NCBI GenBank assembly: GCA_964343345.1
Contig: CAYFJE010000002.1
Coordinates: forward strand, 1 to 38,478
DNA length: 38,478 nucleotides
Direction: 5' to 3'
Source of the DNA: an uncultured bacterium
Lineage (GTDB): Bacteria; UBP7; UBA6624
Of this stretch, positions 26,803 through 34,765 are shown piece by piece (the first letter of the stretch is position 1; every line of letters begins with the position of its first letter). The translations under genes and the position numbers were made by a program. The notes beneath the pieces were generated by a model that made no database searches, had not been told where the DNA came from, and worked only from the letters and a program-made list of their open reading frames with translations.

Positions 26803-27969
26803 CTAAACCAAAAACCAGTCTTTTTGTCTTTTGGTGGTTACTACAGGTTCGGGTTTTAAAACAAGGTTTATTTCACTCCTTATCCCCCATTTTGAATAGT
26901 AGATTCCAGGTTCAATGGTCCCCCCCCATCCCGGCAAAAGTGTTCTGGTGTCTTTTGCTTCATAGCTGTCTAGCTGAGCTGCATCTCCATGTGCACTCAT
27001 GAGTCCAAGGTTATGCCCCGTCCTATGAATGAAACCATCTCCAAACCCAGAGCTTTCAAGCACATTTCGAACCGCTTCATCAACCTCATAACCGAAGATA
27101 ACTCTTTTTTGATTGAATGCTTTTTCAATTGCTTCAACCCCTGCATCTCTCGCTGCAAGAACAGAATAGAAACCTTTATCTATAACAGGTTCAACCTTTC
27201 CCCTTTTTGCCATCCATGTTATGTCAGCATAAGCGGGGCCCAGTTCTTTTTTTGTTCCCCAAAGATCAATGAGTAGAACAAAATTTTCTCCAAGTTTAGA
27301 ACCGCCTTTTTTCGGAGTTGCATAATGGGGGTCCCCGGCATGCTCGTTGACTGCAACAACTGGGGGATGGTCTGTAACCATTCCTTCATTTTCAAATCCT
27401 TCAAGGAGCCATTTTTGAACAATCGATTCATCAGTTTCAAAAGGTTTTGTTTTTGAGATTCTGTTAAACACATCAAGGACAATTGATGTAAGGCTATTTG
27501 CAGCTTCAATATGTGCAGAGATAGTTTTTTTTGACCACATTAGGAGATGTTTTTGAGATATGTCGCCGCTACTGAAAAGCTTACAGCCTATTGATTTGAG
27601 CAAGTCAACCAAACCACCATCAAGATAAGAGAGGTAAGGAATCGCACCGTTTTTAAACCACTCGACATAAATACTTTTATTTGAAAGATGTTTAGAAAGG
27701 ACATCATGCCATTCTTCGAAATTTTTATAAGTTATTATGGGCATCTCTGTCGATGAAAGGCTTTTTGACTCTATTGCATTTACGACCATTAAGGCTTTTC
27801 CTTGTTTCGGAATCCATATTGCCCACCTTCTGCTCAAGAAAGTTTTTTTGTTTAGGAACCTTTGAGCAATTGGATTGTGTCCATGAAAATCTGCAACAAA
27901 CCACCCATCCTTAGAAGAATTCTGAAGATCCTTTTGGATATTTTCGATAAGTCCTTTTAAGTTTTCCAT
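26803..27969 (-). CDS. M24-family metallopeptidase (Xaa-Pro aminopeptidase/dipeptidase type)
   Basis: Pita-bread fold motifs are present: LLIDLWG, HRTGHNLG and GWGGTIEPGIY. Confidence 0.8.
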   Translation of the reverse strand: MENLKGLIENIQKDLQNSSKDGWFVADFHGHNPIAQRFLNKKTFLSRRWAIWIPKQGKALMVVNAIESKSLSSTEMPIITYKNFEEWHDVLSKHLSNKSIYVEWFKNGAIPYLSYLDGGLVDLLKSIGCKLFSSGDISQKHLLMWSKKTISAHIEAANSLTSIVLDVFNRISKTKPFETDESIVQKWLLEGFENEGMVTDHPPVVAVNEHAGDPHYATPKKGGSKLGENFVLLIDLWGTKKELGPAYADITWMAKRGKVEPVIDKGFYSVLAARDAGVEAIEKAFNQKRVIFGYEVDEAVRNVLESSGFGDGFIHRTGHNLGLMSAHGDAAQLDSYEAKDTRTLLPGWGGTIEPGIYYSKWGIRSEINLVLKPEPVVTTKRQKDWFLV

Positions 27970-28036
27970 TAAAGAAAATTTTATAGTCTAAACAAATTAA
28001 TTTCAATATTCCCCATTAAAATTACCATCCATCAAA

Positions 28037-28858
28037 ATGATAGGTGCTTTCTTGCTTGCGTTTTTATTTAAGCCTTGTGTTGGGCATGAAGATTTTTGTG
28101 AAAAAAGATATAACGAAATTTCTTATTTGGTTACTCACAATGCAATGTCTTCAACATACGATCGTTGGTTTTTCCCAAATCAAGACCAAGGTCTTCTAGA
28201 GCAACTTGAAGATGGGGTTAGAGGTCTGTCTTGGGATATTCATTACGACGAAGGGAAAGTGTATCTTTGTCACGGATATTGTTGGCTCGGCAAGAGAGAA
28301 TTGGGAGAAGATCTAAAAATTTTAAAAAACTGGCTTGAAGAAAATCCAAGGGAAATTATTTCAATTTTTTTTGAAAGCTATGTTTTGCGAGAAGATGTTG
28401 AGAAAGTGTTTGAAGAAGTCGGCTTGATTCCTTACCTGCATCACCAGGAAAAAAATAAAGAATGGCCAAAAACTATAGAAATGATAACTAGCAACAAGAG
28501 AATCGTTGTTTTTACAAGCAAAGATGGAGGTGTTACCAATTGGTATCATGATGGATGGATGTATATGTGGGACACAGATTTTTCTTACAGAAAAACAGAA
28601 GACTTTACATGTTCAAGACATAGAGGTGAAAAGTCATCTTTAAACCTCTATAGCCTTAACCACTTCTTGACAAATCCTCTGGCTTCTAGAAAACTTGCAA
28701 AGAAAGCAAACCCAACCTTGTACGAGAGGGCAGTAAAATGCTGGTCAGAAGTTGGACAGAGGCCTAACTTTATTTTTGTCGACTTCTACTCCATTGAAGA
28801 AACCCTTGAAGCGGTCGAAAGGTTAAATTTCTACAGTCTTGATGCAACGAAGAGATAA
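28037..28858 (+). CDS. PI-PLC X-domain-like phosphodiesterase
   Basis: YLVTHNAMSS and GVRGLSWDIHYDEGKVYLCHG resemble PLC-like phosphodiesterase TIM-barrel proteins (PLCXD-like). It has a short hydrophobic N-terminus. Confidence 0.5.
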   Translation: MIGAFLLAFLFKPCVGHEDFCEKRYNEISYLVTHNAMSSTYDRWFFPNQDQGLLEQLEDGVRGLSWDIHYDEGKVYLCHGYCWLGKRELGEDLKILKNWLEENPREIISIFFESYVLREDVEKVFEEVGLIPYLHHQEKNKEWPKTIEMITSNKRIVVFTSKDGGVTNWYHDGWMYMWDTDFSYRKTEDFTCSRHRGEKSSLNLYSLNHFLTNPLASRKLAKKANPTLYERAVKCWSEVGQRPNFIFVDFYSIEETLEAVERLNFYSLDATKR

Positions 28859-28880
28859 CAGCAACTTACAATTCAGAAGA

Positions 28881-29810
28881 ATGAATACAAAAGACGAGTC
28901 TTCGATAATACAACTCAATGTCATAAGGCTTGGGAAGCTTGTTGGTTTTGCAATGAAAAAAGCCCTTAAGGGAAAACCTTTTAACACAGATGTTTTTTTG
29001 GCAAAAGCAAGAGCCAGAGAGTCCGAGATTAACACTTTAGAAATTGAAATTGAACAAGATATTCAAAAATTAATCAAATTCAAACTTGAAGAAAAAGAAT
29101 CGAGGCATTTGACAGCATTGTTGAAAATGAACAATGATTTAGAAAGAATTGGAGACTATGCAATGGCTATAGCCAAATATCTGGTTGAAATAGATATAAA
29201 AAATGTACCTGATATTGAAGCCAAATTCAAAAAACTTTCAAAAGCCTCCCTAGGAATGCTTGAAAGAGCTGTCCGCGCACTTGAGCTAGGTGATTTAAAT
29301 TTAGCAAAACAAGTCATCAAAGACGATGATCATGTCGATGCTCTTAATAAGTCAATTATCGAGAAACTGCTTTCTTCAAAGACAAGGGATTTAGTTTCAC
29401 TTGTTGCACTAATCAATCTCTGTAGACGACTTGAAAGAACAGCCGACCATGCAACGAATATAGCCGAGGACCTGGTTTTTTGGATAGAGGGAGATGTAAT
29501 TAGGCACCCTTTGAAAAAAAGATCTTTTTATTTTCACGATATCGAAATTTTCCCTAATAGCAGGGAAATCAAAATTGGAGAAAAAATCCATTTGTCAAAA
29601 AGCGAATGGGAGATTTTTATGAACCTAATTGAAAAATCCCCCAACGGCGTCTCAAGAGAGGAGTTAATGAAAAATGCACTTGGTTATGACTCTTCTGTCG
29701 AAACCCGAACTATTGACCAGCATGTTGTTGGTCTGCGTAAAAAACTTGGAGACAAAAAGGAGATGCTCAAATCCATTCCAGCTTTTGGCTACAAAATACT
29801 TAATTCGTAG
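28881..29810 (+). CDS. PhoU-domain / OmpR-PhoB-type winged-helix DNA-binding domain fusion protein (no receiver domain)
   Basis: Two PhoU repeats carry the signature motifs NDLERIGDYAMAIA and RRLERTADHATNIAEDLVFWIEG. From about nt 29526 there is a trans_reg_C-like domain: IHLSKSEWEIFMNLIEKSPNGVSREELMKNALGYDSSVETRTIDQHVVGLRKKLG...IPAFGYKI. The start is ambiguous among TTG 28839, ATG 28842 and ATG 28881. I prefer 28881 because it does not overlap the upstream gene. Confidence 0.8.
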   Translation: MNTKDESSIIQLNVIRLGKLVGFAMKKALKGKPFNTDVFLAKARARESEINTLEIEIEQDIQKLIKFKLEEKESRHLTALLKMNNDLERIGDYAMAIAKYLVEIDIKNVPDIEAKFKKLSKASLGMLERAVRALELGDLNLAKQVIKDDDHVDALNKSIIEKLLSSKTRDLVSLVALINLCRRLERTADHATNIAEDLVFWIEGDVIRHPLKKRSFYFHDIEIFPNSREIKIGEKIHLSKSEWEIFMNLIEKSPNGVSREELMKNALGYDSSVETRTIDQHVVGLRKKLGDKKEMLKSIPAFGYKILNS

Positions 29811-29823
29811 AATTAACACAAAA

Positions 29824-29855
29824 TTTTTACAACTTTTTTACAACTTTTTAAAAAA
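29824..29855 (+). promoter_or_regulatory. Pho-box-like direct repeats upstream of pstS
   Basis: TTTTTACAAC (29824-29833) is followed by TTTTTTACAAC (29834-29844). The TACAAC cores sit at 29828 and 29839, exactly 11 bp apart. A degenerate third unit TTTTTAAAAAA follows. A TATTTA -10 candidate is at 29869-29874, an AAAGGAGG RBS at 29895-29902, and the pstS ATG at 29916. Confidence 0.45.
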
Positions 29856-29915
29856 TCTTTAAAAACCCTATTTAGGATTTAAATTTAAACCCGAAAAGGA
29901 GGATTTTTTTTAAAA

Positions 29916-30803
29916 ATGAGATTTAAATTTATCAGTTTCTTCACATTGTTAGCCTTGCTAGCAGTAAGCTGTGCACGCCCTCAAGAATCAGGCGGAAACA
30001 CTGCTGAAAAAAATTCTTCTTCAGGGGGAGAGCAAAGCATTCAAGTTACAGGTTCTGACACCATGGTCAACCTGGGTCAAGCATGGGCAGAAGAGTATAC
30101 TAAAACAAACCCTAATGCCTATATTGCTGTTGGTGGTGGAGGCTCTGGGGTTGGAATCGCTGCTTTGATGAACGGCACTGCTGATCTTGCAAACTCTTCA
30201 AGGGCCATCAAAGACAAAGAGATCAACAAAGCAAACGAGCTTGGCTTCGGAATAGAGGAGTATATTGTTGGTTGGGACGGACTTGCTGTTGTTGTTCACC
30301 CTGATAACCCAGTTAACAATTTAAGTATTTTGCAAATAGCCGAAATATTTACTGCAAAAATTACAAACTGGAAAGAGGTTGGAGGAGAGGATTTGGAAAT
30401 CGTTCTTTTATCACGAGAAGTAAATAGCGGAACCCATGTTTATTTCAAGGAGAAGGTTGTAGGTTCTTTAGGAAAAGGAACAGAATTTAGCGAAGAGGCA
30501 CTATTGATGCCAAGTAGCCAAGCCCTTGCTGACGAAACAGCAAATAACACCGGAGCAATTGGATATTATGGTATGGGATACTTGTCGCCAGCACAAAAAC
30601 CTATCAATGTATCTGTTGATGGAGTTACTTTCGTTTCGCCAACTGTTGAGAATGTAATGAACAAATCCTACCCAATCGCAAGACCTTTACACATGTTCTC
30701 AAGAGACAATATTTCCCCAGCAGCAAAAGCTTATATCGATTGGATTATGAGTGATGGTGGGCAAGCTGTGGTTTCAGCACAGGATTTTGTTCCTCTAAGG
30801 TGA
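29916..30803 (+). CDS. pstS: phosphate ABC transporter substrate-binding lipoprotein
   Basis: Lipobox LLAVSC is present. The PBP-like_2 pattern is seen in VTGSDTMVNLGQAWAEEY, GGGGSGVGIAAL and REVNSGTH. The gene heads a pstCAB cluster. Confidence 0.9.
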   Translation: MRFKFISFFTLLALLAVSCARPQESGGNTAEKNSSSGGEQSIQVTGSDTMVNLGQAWAEEYTKTNPNAYIAVGGGGSGVGIAALMNGTADLANSSRAIKDKEINKANELGFGIEEYIVGWDGLAVVVHPDNPVNNLSILQIAEIFTAKITNWKEVGGEDLEIVLLSREVNSGTHVYFKEKVVGSLGKGTEFSEEALLMPSSQALADETANNTGAIGYYGMGYLSPAQKPINVSVDGVTFVSPTVENVMNKSYPIARPLHMFSRDNISPAAKAYIDWIMSDGGQAVVSAQDFVPLR

Positions 30804-30810
30804 TTAGTAT

Positions 30811-31719
30811 TTGAAAACCAAACCAAGCAAGAAAAAAGCAGAGGATTTCAAACAGCCTTTGTCTGAGAAAATAACAGAGGCATGCATTCGCTTCGCAGCT
30901 TGGCTTTGCATTTTTTTCATTGGTTGCATTCTTTACTTTTTGATCAAGGAAAGCGGAGGCGTTTTTTTTAAGGATATTTTCACGATAACAGGTAAATACT
31001 GGAGACCAATTAGTGAACCACCAGATTTTGGTGTTTGGGTTTTGCTTGCAGGAAGTTTAGCAGTAACGCTTACAGCATCAGTCATTGCTGTTCCTTTAGG
31101 CATTTGTGCGGCTATTTTCATAGGGGAGTTGTTGCCACAGAAATTCCGAGAACTTTTAAAAGTTATGGTTGAATTTTTAGCAGCAATACCAAGCGTTGTC
31201 ATCGGTTTTTTGGGGATGATTATTCTTGCCCCATACATCAAGGAAACTTTTGATTTAAAAACAGGATTAACAGCTTTTTCAGCAGCAATAATGCTTGCGT
31301 GGATGGCAATGCCAACAATAGTTAGCCTTACTGAAGATGCCCTTAGGAGTGTGCCAGATACCTTGAGAGACGGAGCCTTGGCTCTTGGTGCTACGAAATG
31401 GCAGATGATTACAAGAGTTCTTTTGCCAACAGCAAAACCAGGGATACTTGCCGCAGCAATGCTTGGTATAGGCAGGGTTATTGGTGAAACTATGGCAGTG
31501 TTGATGATTAGCGGTAATTCCGCAAGAATTCCAAAAGGCATCATGGAACCAGTCCGAACACTTACTGCGACAATTGCTGCAGAAATGGGAGAAACAGTCA
31601 AAGGGGATGAACATTATCAAGCTCTTTTCGGGCTCGGTGTTGTTTTGTTTATTATCACATTATTGATCAACACTGCAGCAGATAAATTTATCAATAAAAA
31701 ATACACGGAAGAATCATGA
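30811..31719 (+). CDS. pstC: phosphate ABC transporter permease PstC
   Basis: TTG start. Polytopic membrane protein with an EAA-type loop (LTEDALRSVPDTLRDGALALGATKWQMITRVLLP). Confidence 0.9.
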   Translation: MKTKPSKKKAEDFKQPLSEKITEACIRFAAWLCIFFIGCILYFLIKESGGVFFKDIFTITGKYWRPISEPPDFGVWVLLAGSLAVTLTASVIAVPLGICAAIFIGELLPQKFRELLKVMVEFLAAIPSVVIGFLGMIILAPYIKETFDLKTGLTAFSAAIMLAWMAMPTIVSLTEDALRSVPDTLRDGALALGATKWQMITRVLLPTAKPGILAAAMLGIGRVIGETMAVLMISGNSARIPKGIMEPVRTLTATIAAEMGETVKGDEHYQALFGLGVVLFIITLLINTAADKFINKKYTEES

Positions 31720-32576
31720 GTTTCAAAAAACAAAATCCAATCAGCCAGCAAAAAAGAGCCACATTTGGTTTAGGGCTTATTACAGCTATTGTGGTTATTC
31801 CGGTGCTGTTGATACTGGGTGTTGTTTTTGTTAAAGGGATTTCGGTTATAGATTGGAATTTCCTAACAACAGAACCGACAAATGGCTTAAGGGATGGCGG
31901 TGTTTTTCCTGCCATAATTGGGACATTGATTCTTGTTGTAGGTGCTGTTGTTTGGAGTGTTCCCTTTGGCGTAGCAACAGCGATTTATCTAGTTGAGTAT
32001 TCACCAAGAAGTCGTGTAGCCAACTGGATAAGATTGGCAATTTTAAATTTAGCAGGTGTCCCAAGTGTTGTTTATGGACTTTTCGGGCTCGGGGTGTTTG
32101 TCATAGCTTTGAAGTTTGGCGCAAGTATTCTTGCAGGCACTTTGACCTTGGCATTAATGAATTTACCCGTAATAGTGACATCAACTGCAGAAGCATTAAA
32201 AGCTGTTCCAGACAGATTTAGAGAAGCAAGTTTGGCATTAGGTGCTAGCAAATGGCAAACAACAAGACACGTTGTTCTCCCCAACTCAATACAAGGCATC
32301 TTGACTGGAATAATATTGGAAATCAGTCGTGCTGGAGGGGAAACTGCACCAATTTTATTTACTGTTGCAGCATTTTATTTGCCAAGATTGCCGCAAAGTA
32401 TTTTTGATCAGGTGATGGCACTTCCTATGCATCTTTTTGCTATTTCCACACAGGTTCCTAATATAGGTTTGGATGTGAGGTATGCCGTTGCCCTAACTCT
32501 TTTATTTTTGGTTTTAGGTGTAAATGCAATTGCGATTTTCATGAGAGCAAAAATAAGGAAAAACAGAATATGGTAA
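31716..32576 (+). CDS. pstA: phosphate ABC transporter permease PstA
   Basis: 4-nt overlap with pstC. EAA loop STAEALKAVPDRFREASLALGASKWQTTRHVVLP is present. Confidence 0.9.
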   Translation: MSFKKQNPISQQKRATFGLGLITAIVVIPVLLILGVVFVKGISVIDWNFLTTEPTNGLRDGGVFPAIIGTLILVVGAVVWSVPFGVATAIYLVEYSPRSRVANWIRLAILNLAGVPSVVYGLFGLGVFVIALKFGASILAGTLTLALMNLPVIVTSTAEALKAVPDRFREASLALGASKWQTTRHVVLPNSIQGILTGIILEISRAGGETAPILFTVAAFYLPRLPQSIFDQVMALPMHLFAISTQVPNIGLDVRYAVALTLLFLVLGVNAIAIFMRAKIRKNRIW

Positions 32577-33319
32577 AAGAGATAACTATCGAAAAACTTT
32601 CAGTTTCATACGGAAGAAAACAGGCCATAGGAGATCTTTCTTTGTCGATTGAAAAAAATGAAATATTGGGAATAATTGGTCCCACCACTTCTGGGAAGAC
32701 AACTTTGCTTACGGTTTTAAACAGAATGATTGACACAATATCGTCAGCCACTATTTCTGGCAGTGTGTTTATGGGTGATATCGATATTCTAAAAACACGA
32801 AACATCCATAGTTTGAGGCGGTCTGTTGGGATGATATTTGCTCTTCCGGTTGCTTTACCAATGAGCATCAGGGAAAACGTTGAATATGGCCCAAAAATGG
32901 CAGGAGAGCCAAAAAACGAACTCAACAAGCGAGTCCAAGAAAGCCTTGTTCAGGCAGGATTGTGGGACGAGGTTAGTGACAGACTAGATTCACCAGCCTT
33001 AAAGCTTTCAGGAGGGCAGCAGCAAAGACTCTGTATAGCAAGAGCCTTGGCGTTGAAGCCCAGAGTTCTATTGCTGGACGAACCTTGCTCTGGGCTTGAT
33101 CCAATATCAACAGCCAGAATAGAAGATACATTGGGTGAATTGAAAAAAGAAATGACTATCATTTTGGTCACCAACAACCCCCACCAAGCCGCTCGTGTTG
33201 CGGATCGAACAGCTTTTATGTTGAAGGGGGAGCTTGTCGAACTCTCTGAAACAAACAAATTGTTTACAAATCCTTCAGACAAAAGAACAAAAGAGTATAT
33301 AGAGGGGAAGTTTGGTTAA
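32570..33319 (+). CDS. pstB: PstB-like ABC ATPase, degenerate copy (Q-loop Gln to Ala, switch His to Asn; signature intact)
   Basis: Walker A is GPTTSGKTT. The Q-loop position reads VGMIFALPVALPMSI (GCT at 32840-32842). The signature is LSGGQQQRLCIARA and Walker B is LLLDEPCSGLDP. The H-loop reads LVTNNPHQAARV (AAC at 33173-33175). The C-terminal PstB tail is KRTKEYIEGKFG. Confidence 0.85.
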   Translation: MVKEITIEKLSVSYGRKQAIGDLSLSIEKNEILGIIGPTTSGKTTLLTVLNRMIDTISSATISGSVFMGDIDILKTRNIHSLRRSVGMIFALPVALPMSIRENVEYGPKMAGEPKNELNKRVQESLVQAGLWDEVSDRLDSPALKLSGGQQQRLCIARALALKPRVLLLDEPCSGLDPISTARIEDTLGELKKEMTIILVTNNPHQAARVADRTAFMLKGELVELSETNKLFTNPSDKRTKEYIEGKFG

Positions 33320-34083
33320 TGACAAAAATATTAATAAAGTCTGAAAAATTTAATTTATGGTATGGCGACTTCCAGGCTTTAATAGATGTAAATCTTGATA
33401 TACCAGAAAATCAAGTTACTGCTGTTGTAGGTCCTTCTGGGTGTGGAAAAAGCACTTTTGTACGATGTATCAATAGGCTAAATGACCAAATTAACACCGT
33501 TACGACCAAAGGCTCTATTTCTATTGATGGAATAGATATTTACCAATATACAACTGACGAGGTTGTCGGCCTCAGGAGATCTGTAGGCATGGTTTTTCAA
33601 AGGCCTAACCCTTTTCCTCTTTCTGTTTTCGAAAATGTTGCTTTTGGCTTGAAAACGAATCCAATGGTCCCTGACGATTTGGCTATAAAAAAAGAAGTTA
33701 ACAAGGCATTAAAAGCTGTAGGCTTGTTCGAAGATTTAGAAGGGGATTTTTCAAAATTGGGGACCAGTCTTTCATTGGAGCAACAGCAAAGATTATGTAT
33801 TGCAAGATGCCTTCCAACAAAACCAAAAATATTACTTATGGACGAACCCTGTTCCGCGTTGGACCCAAGTGACACAGATAAAGTGGAAGAGCTCATAAGA
33901 GAATTAAGGAGAGACTATACTGTTGTAATAGTGACACATAATTTACAACAAGCTGGAAGAATTTCCGATCAGGCTGTACTGTTTCATTTAGGAAAAATCG
34001 TTGAAGCAGCTCCAACAAAGGATTTTTTTCAAAATCCACAAGAAAAAAGAACAAGAGACTTTATTACAGGTCGGTACGGATAG
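33319..34083 (+). CDS. pstB: PstB ABC ATPase, catalytic copy with degenerate signature motif (LSLEQ)
   Basis: Canonical Walker A GPSGCGKST, Q-loop VGMVFQRPNPFP, Walker B LLMDEPCSALDP and H-loop VIVTHNLQQAGR are present. The signature reads LSLEQQQRLCIARC (33769-33783) instead of LSGGQ. The start overlaps the upstream stop by 1 nt. Confidence 0.9.
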   Translation: MTKILIKSEKFNLWYGDFQALIDVNLDIPENQVTAVVGPSGCGKSTFVRCINRLNDQINTVTTKGSISIDGIDIYQYTTDEVVGLRRSVGMVFQRPNPFPLSVFENVAFGLKTNPMVPDDLAIKKEVNKALKAVGLFEDLEGDFSKLGTSLSLEQQQRLCIARCLPTKPKILLMDEPCSALDPSDTDKVEELIRELRRDYTVVIVTHNLQQAGRISDQAVLFHLGKIVEAAPTKDFFQNPQEKRTRDFITGRYG

Positions 34084-34092
34084 GAGTAAATA

Positions 34093-34740
34093 ATGACAAG
34101 AAGATTGACTAAATTAATCGACAAAATTAAAGGAAAAACCTTAGCGATGGCACAAGATGTTTGCGCTTCAATGGACGATGCAATGAATGCGATACTGAAT
34201 TCCACCGATAAAAAATACCAAGAAATGAAAACAAGAGAAAACGGAATTGATGCTTTGGAAGTTGAAATAGAAGAATCAATACTTGGGACAATTGCTGTTC
34301 ATCAGCCCGTCGCGGATGATTTGAGAATTCTTGCAGCAATGCTGAAGATAACAAATGACCTAGAGAGGATTGGCGATTATGCAATAAAAATTGCTCAAAG
34401 AGGCAAGGATATTGATGCAAATTTGATAAAAAGTATCAAGGCTCCACTGTCACAACTAGGAGACTCTTCAATTCAGATGATTAAAGATGCAGTTGAAGCT
34501 TTAGATAAAGGAGACGCGGATCTTGCTCAAAAGGTTAGAGATGCTGATGACAGGGTGGACGATTTAAACAAATCTTTAATCAAGGAGTTAGCAAAGATAA
34601 ATGACGATGATTTTGAGTCACTGGTTGCTCTTGTTTCAATATCTAGACGATTTGAAAGAGCTGCAGATCATGCTACGAATATTGCGGAAGATGTTTTGTT
34701 TTGGCTTGAAGGGAGGATCTTCAGACACGGAGAAACATAG
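34093..34740 (+). CDS. phoU: phosphate signalling accessory protein PhoU
   Basis: 215 aa with two PhoU repeats, carrying NDLERIGDYAIKIA and RRFERAADHATNIAEDVLFWLEG. It sits immediately after pstB. Confidence 0.9.
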   Translation: MTRRLTKLIDKIKGKTLAMAQDVCASMDDAMNAILNSTDKKYQEMKTRENGIDALEVEIEESILGTIAVHQPVADDLRILAAMLKITNDLERIGDYAIKIAQRGKDIDANLIKSIKAPLSQLGDSSIQMIKDAVEALDKGDADLAQKVRDADDRVDDLNKSLIKELAKINDDDFESLVALVSISRRFERAADHATNIAEDVLFWLEGRIFRHGET

Positions 34741-34765
34741 GTCTTTCAAGGCATAAAATTGCCTA

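Noticed and set aside
30933-31601. A 222-aa antisense ORF inside pstC. Similar long antisense ORFs occur at 104-445, 2255-2713, 10540-14332 (several), 16461-16805 and 32539-32928.
   Set aside because: Each lies opposite a gene with strong family-level identification. Their translations are low-complexity or hydrophobic mirror artefacts with no recognisable motifs or RBS context. I treat them as non-coding.
32570-34083. Tandem pstB genes as a possible assembly duplication artefact.
   Set aside because: The two copies differ extensively at both protein and nucleotide level, with different Walker A, Q-loop, signature and H-loop sequences. They are true diverged paralogs.
34749-34764. A short hairpin, AGGCA-TAAAAT-TGCCT, after phoU as a possible terminator.
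   Set aside because: It has only a 5-bp stem and no T-tract, and it ends right at the start codon of the next gene (34766). It is more likely incidental or a minor RNA structure than an intrinsic terminator.
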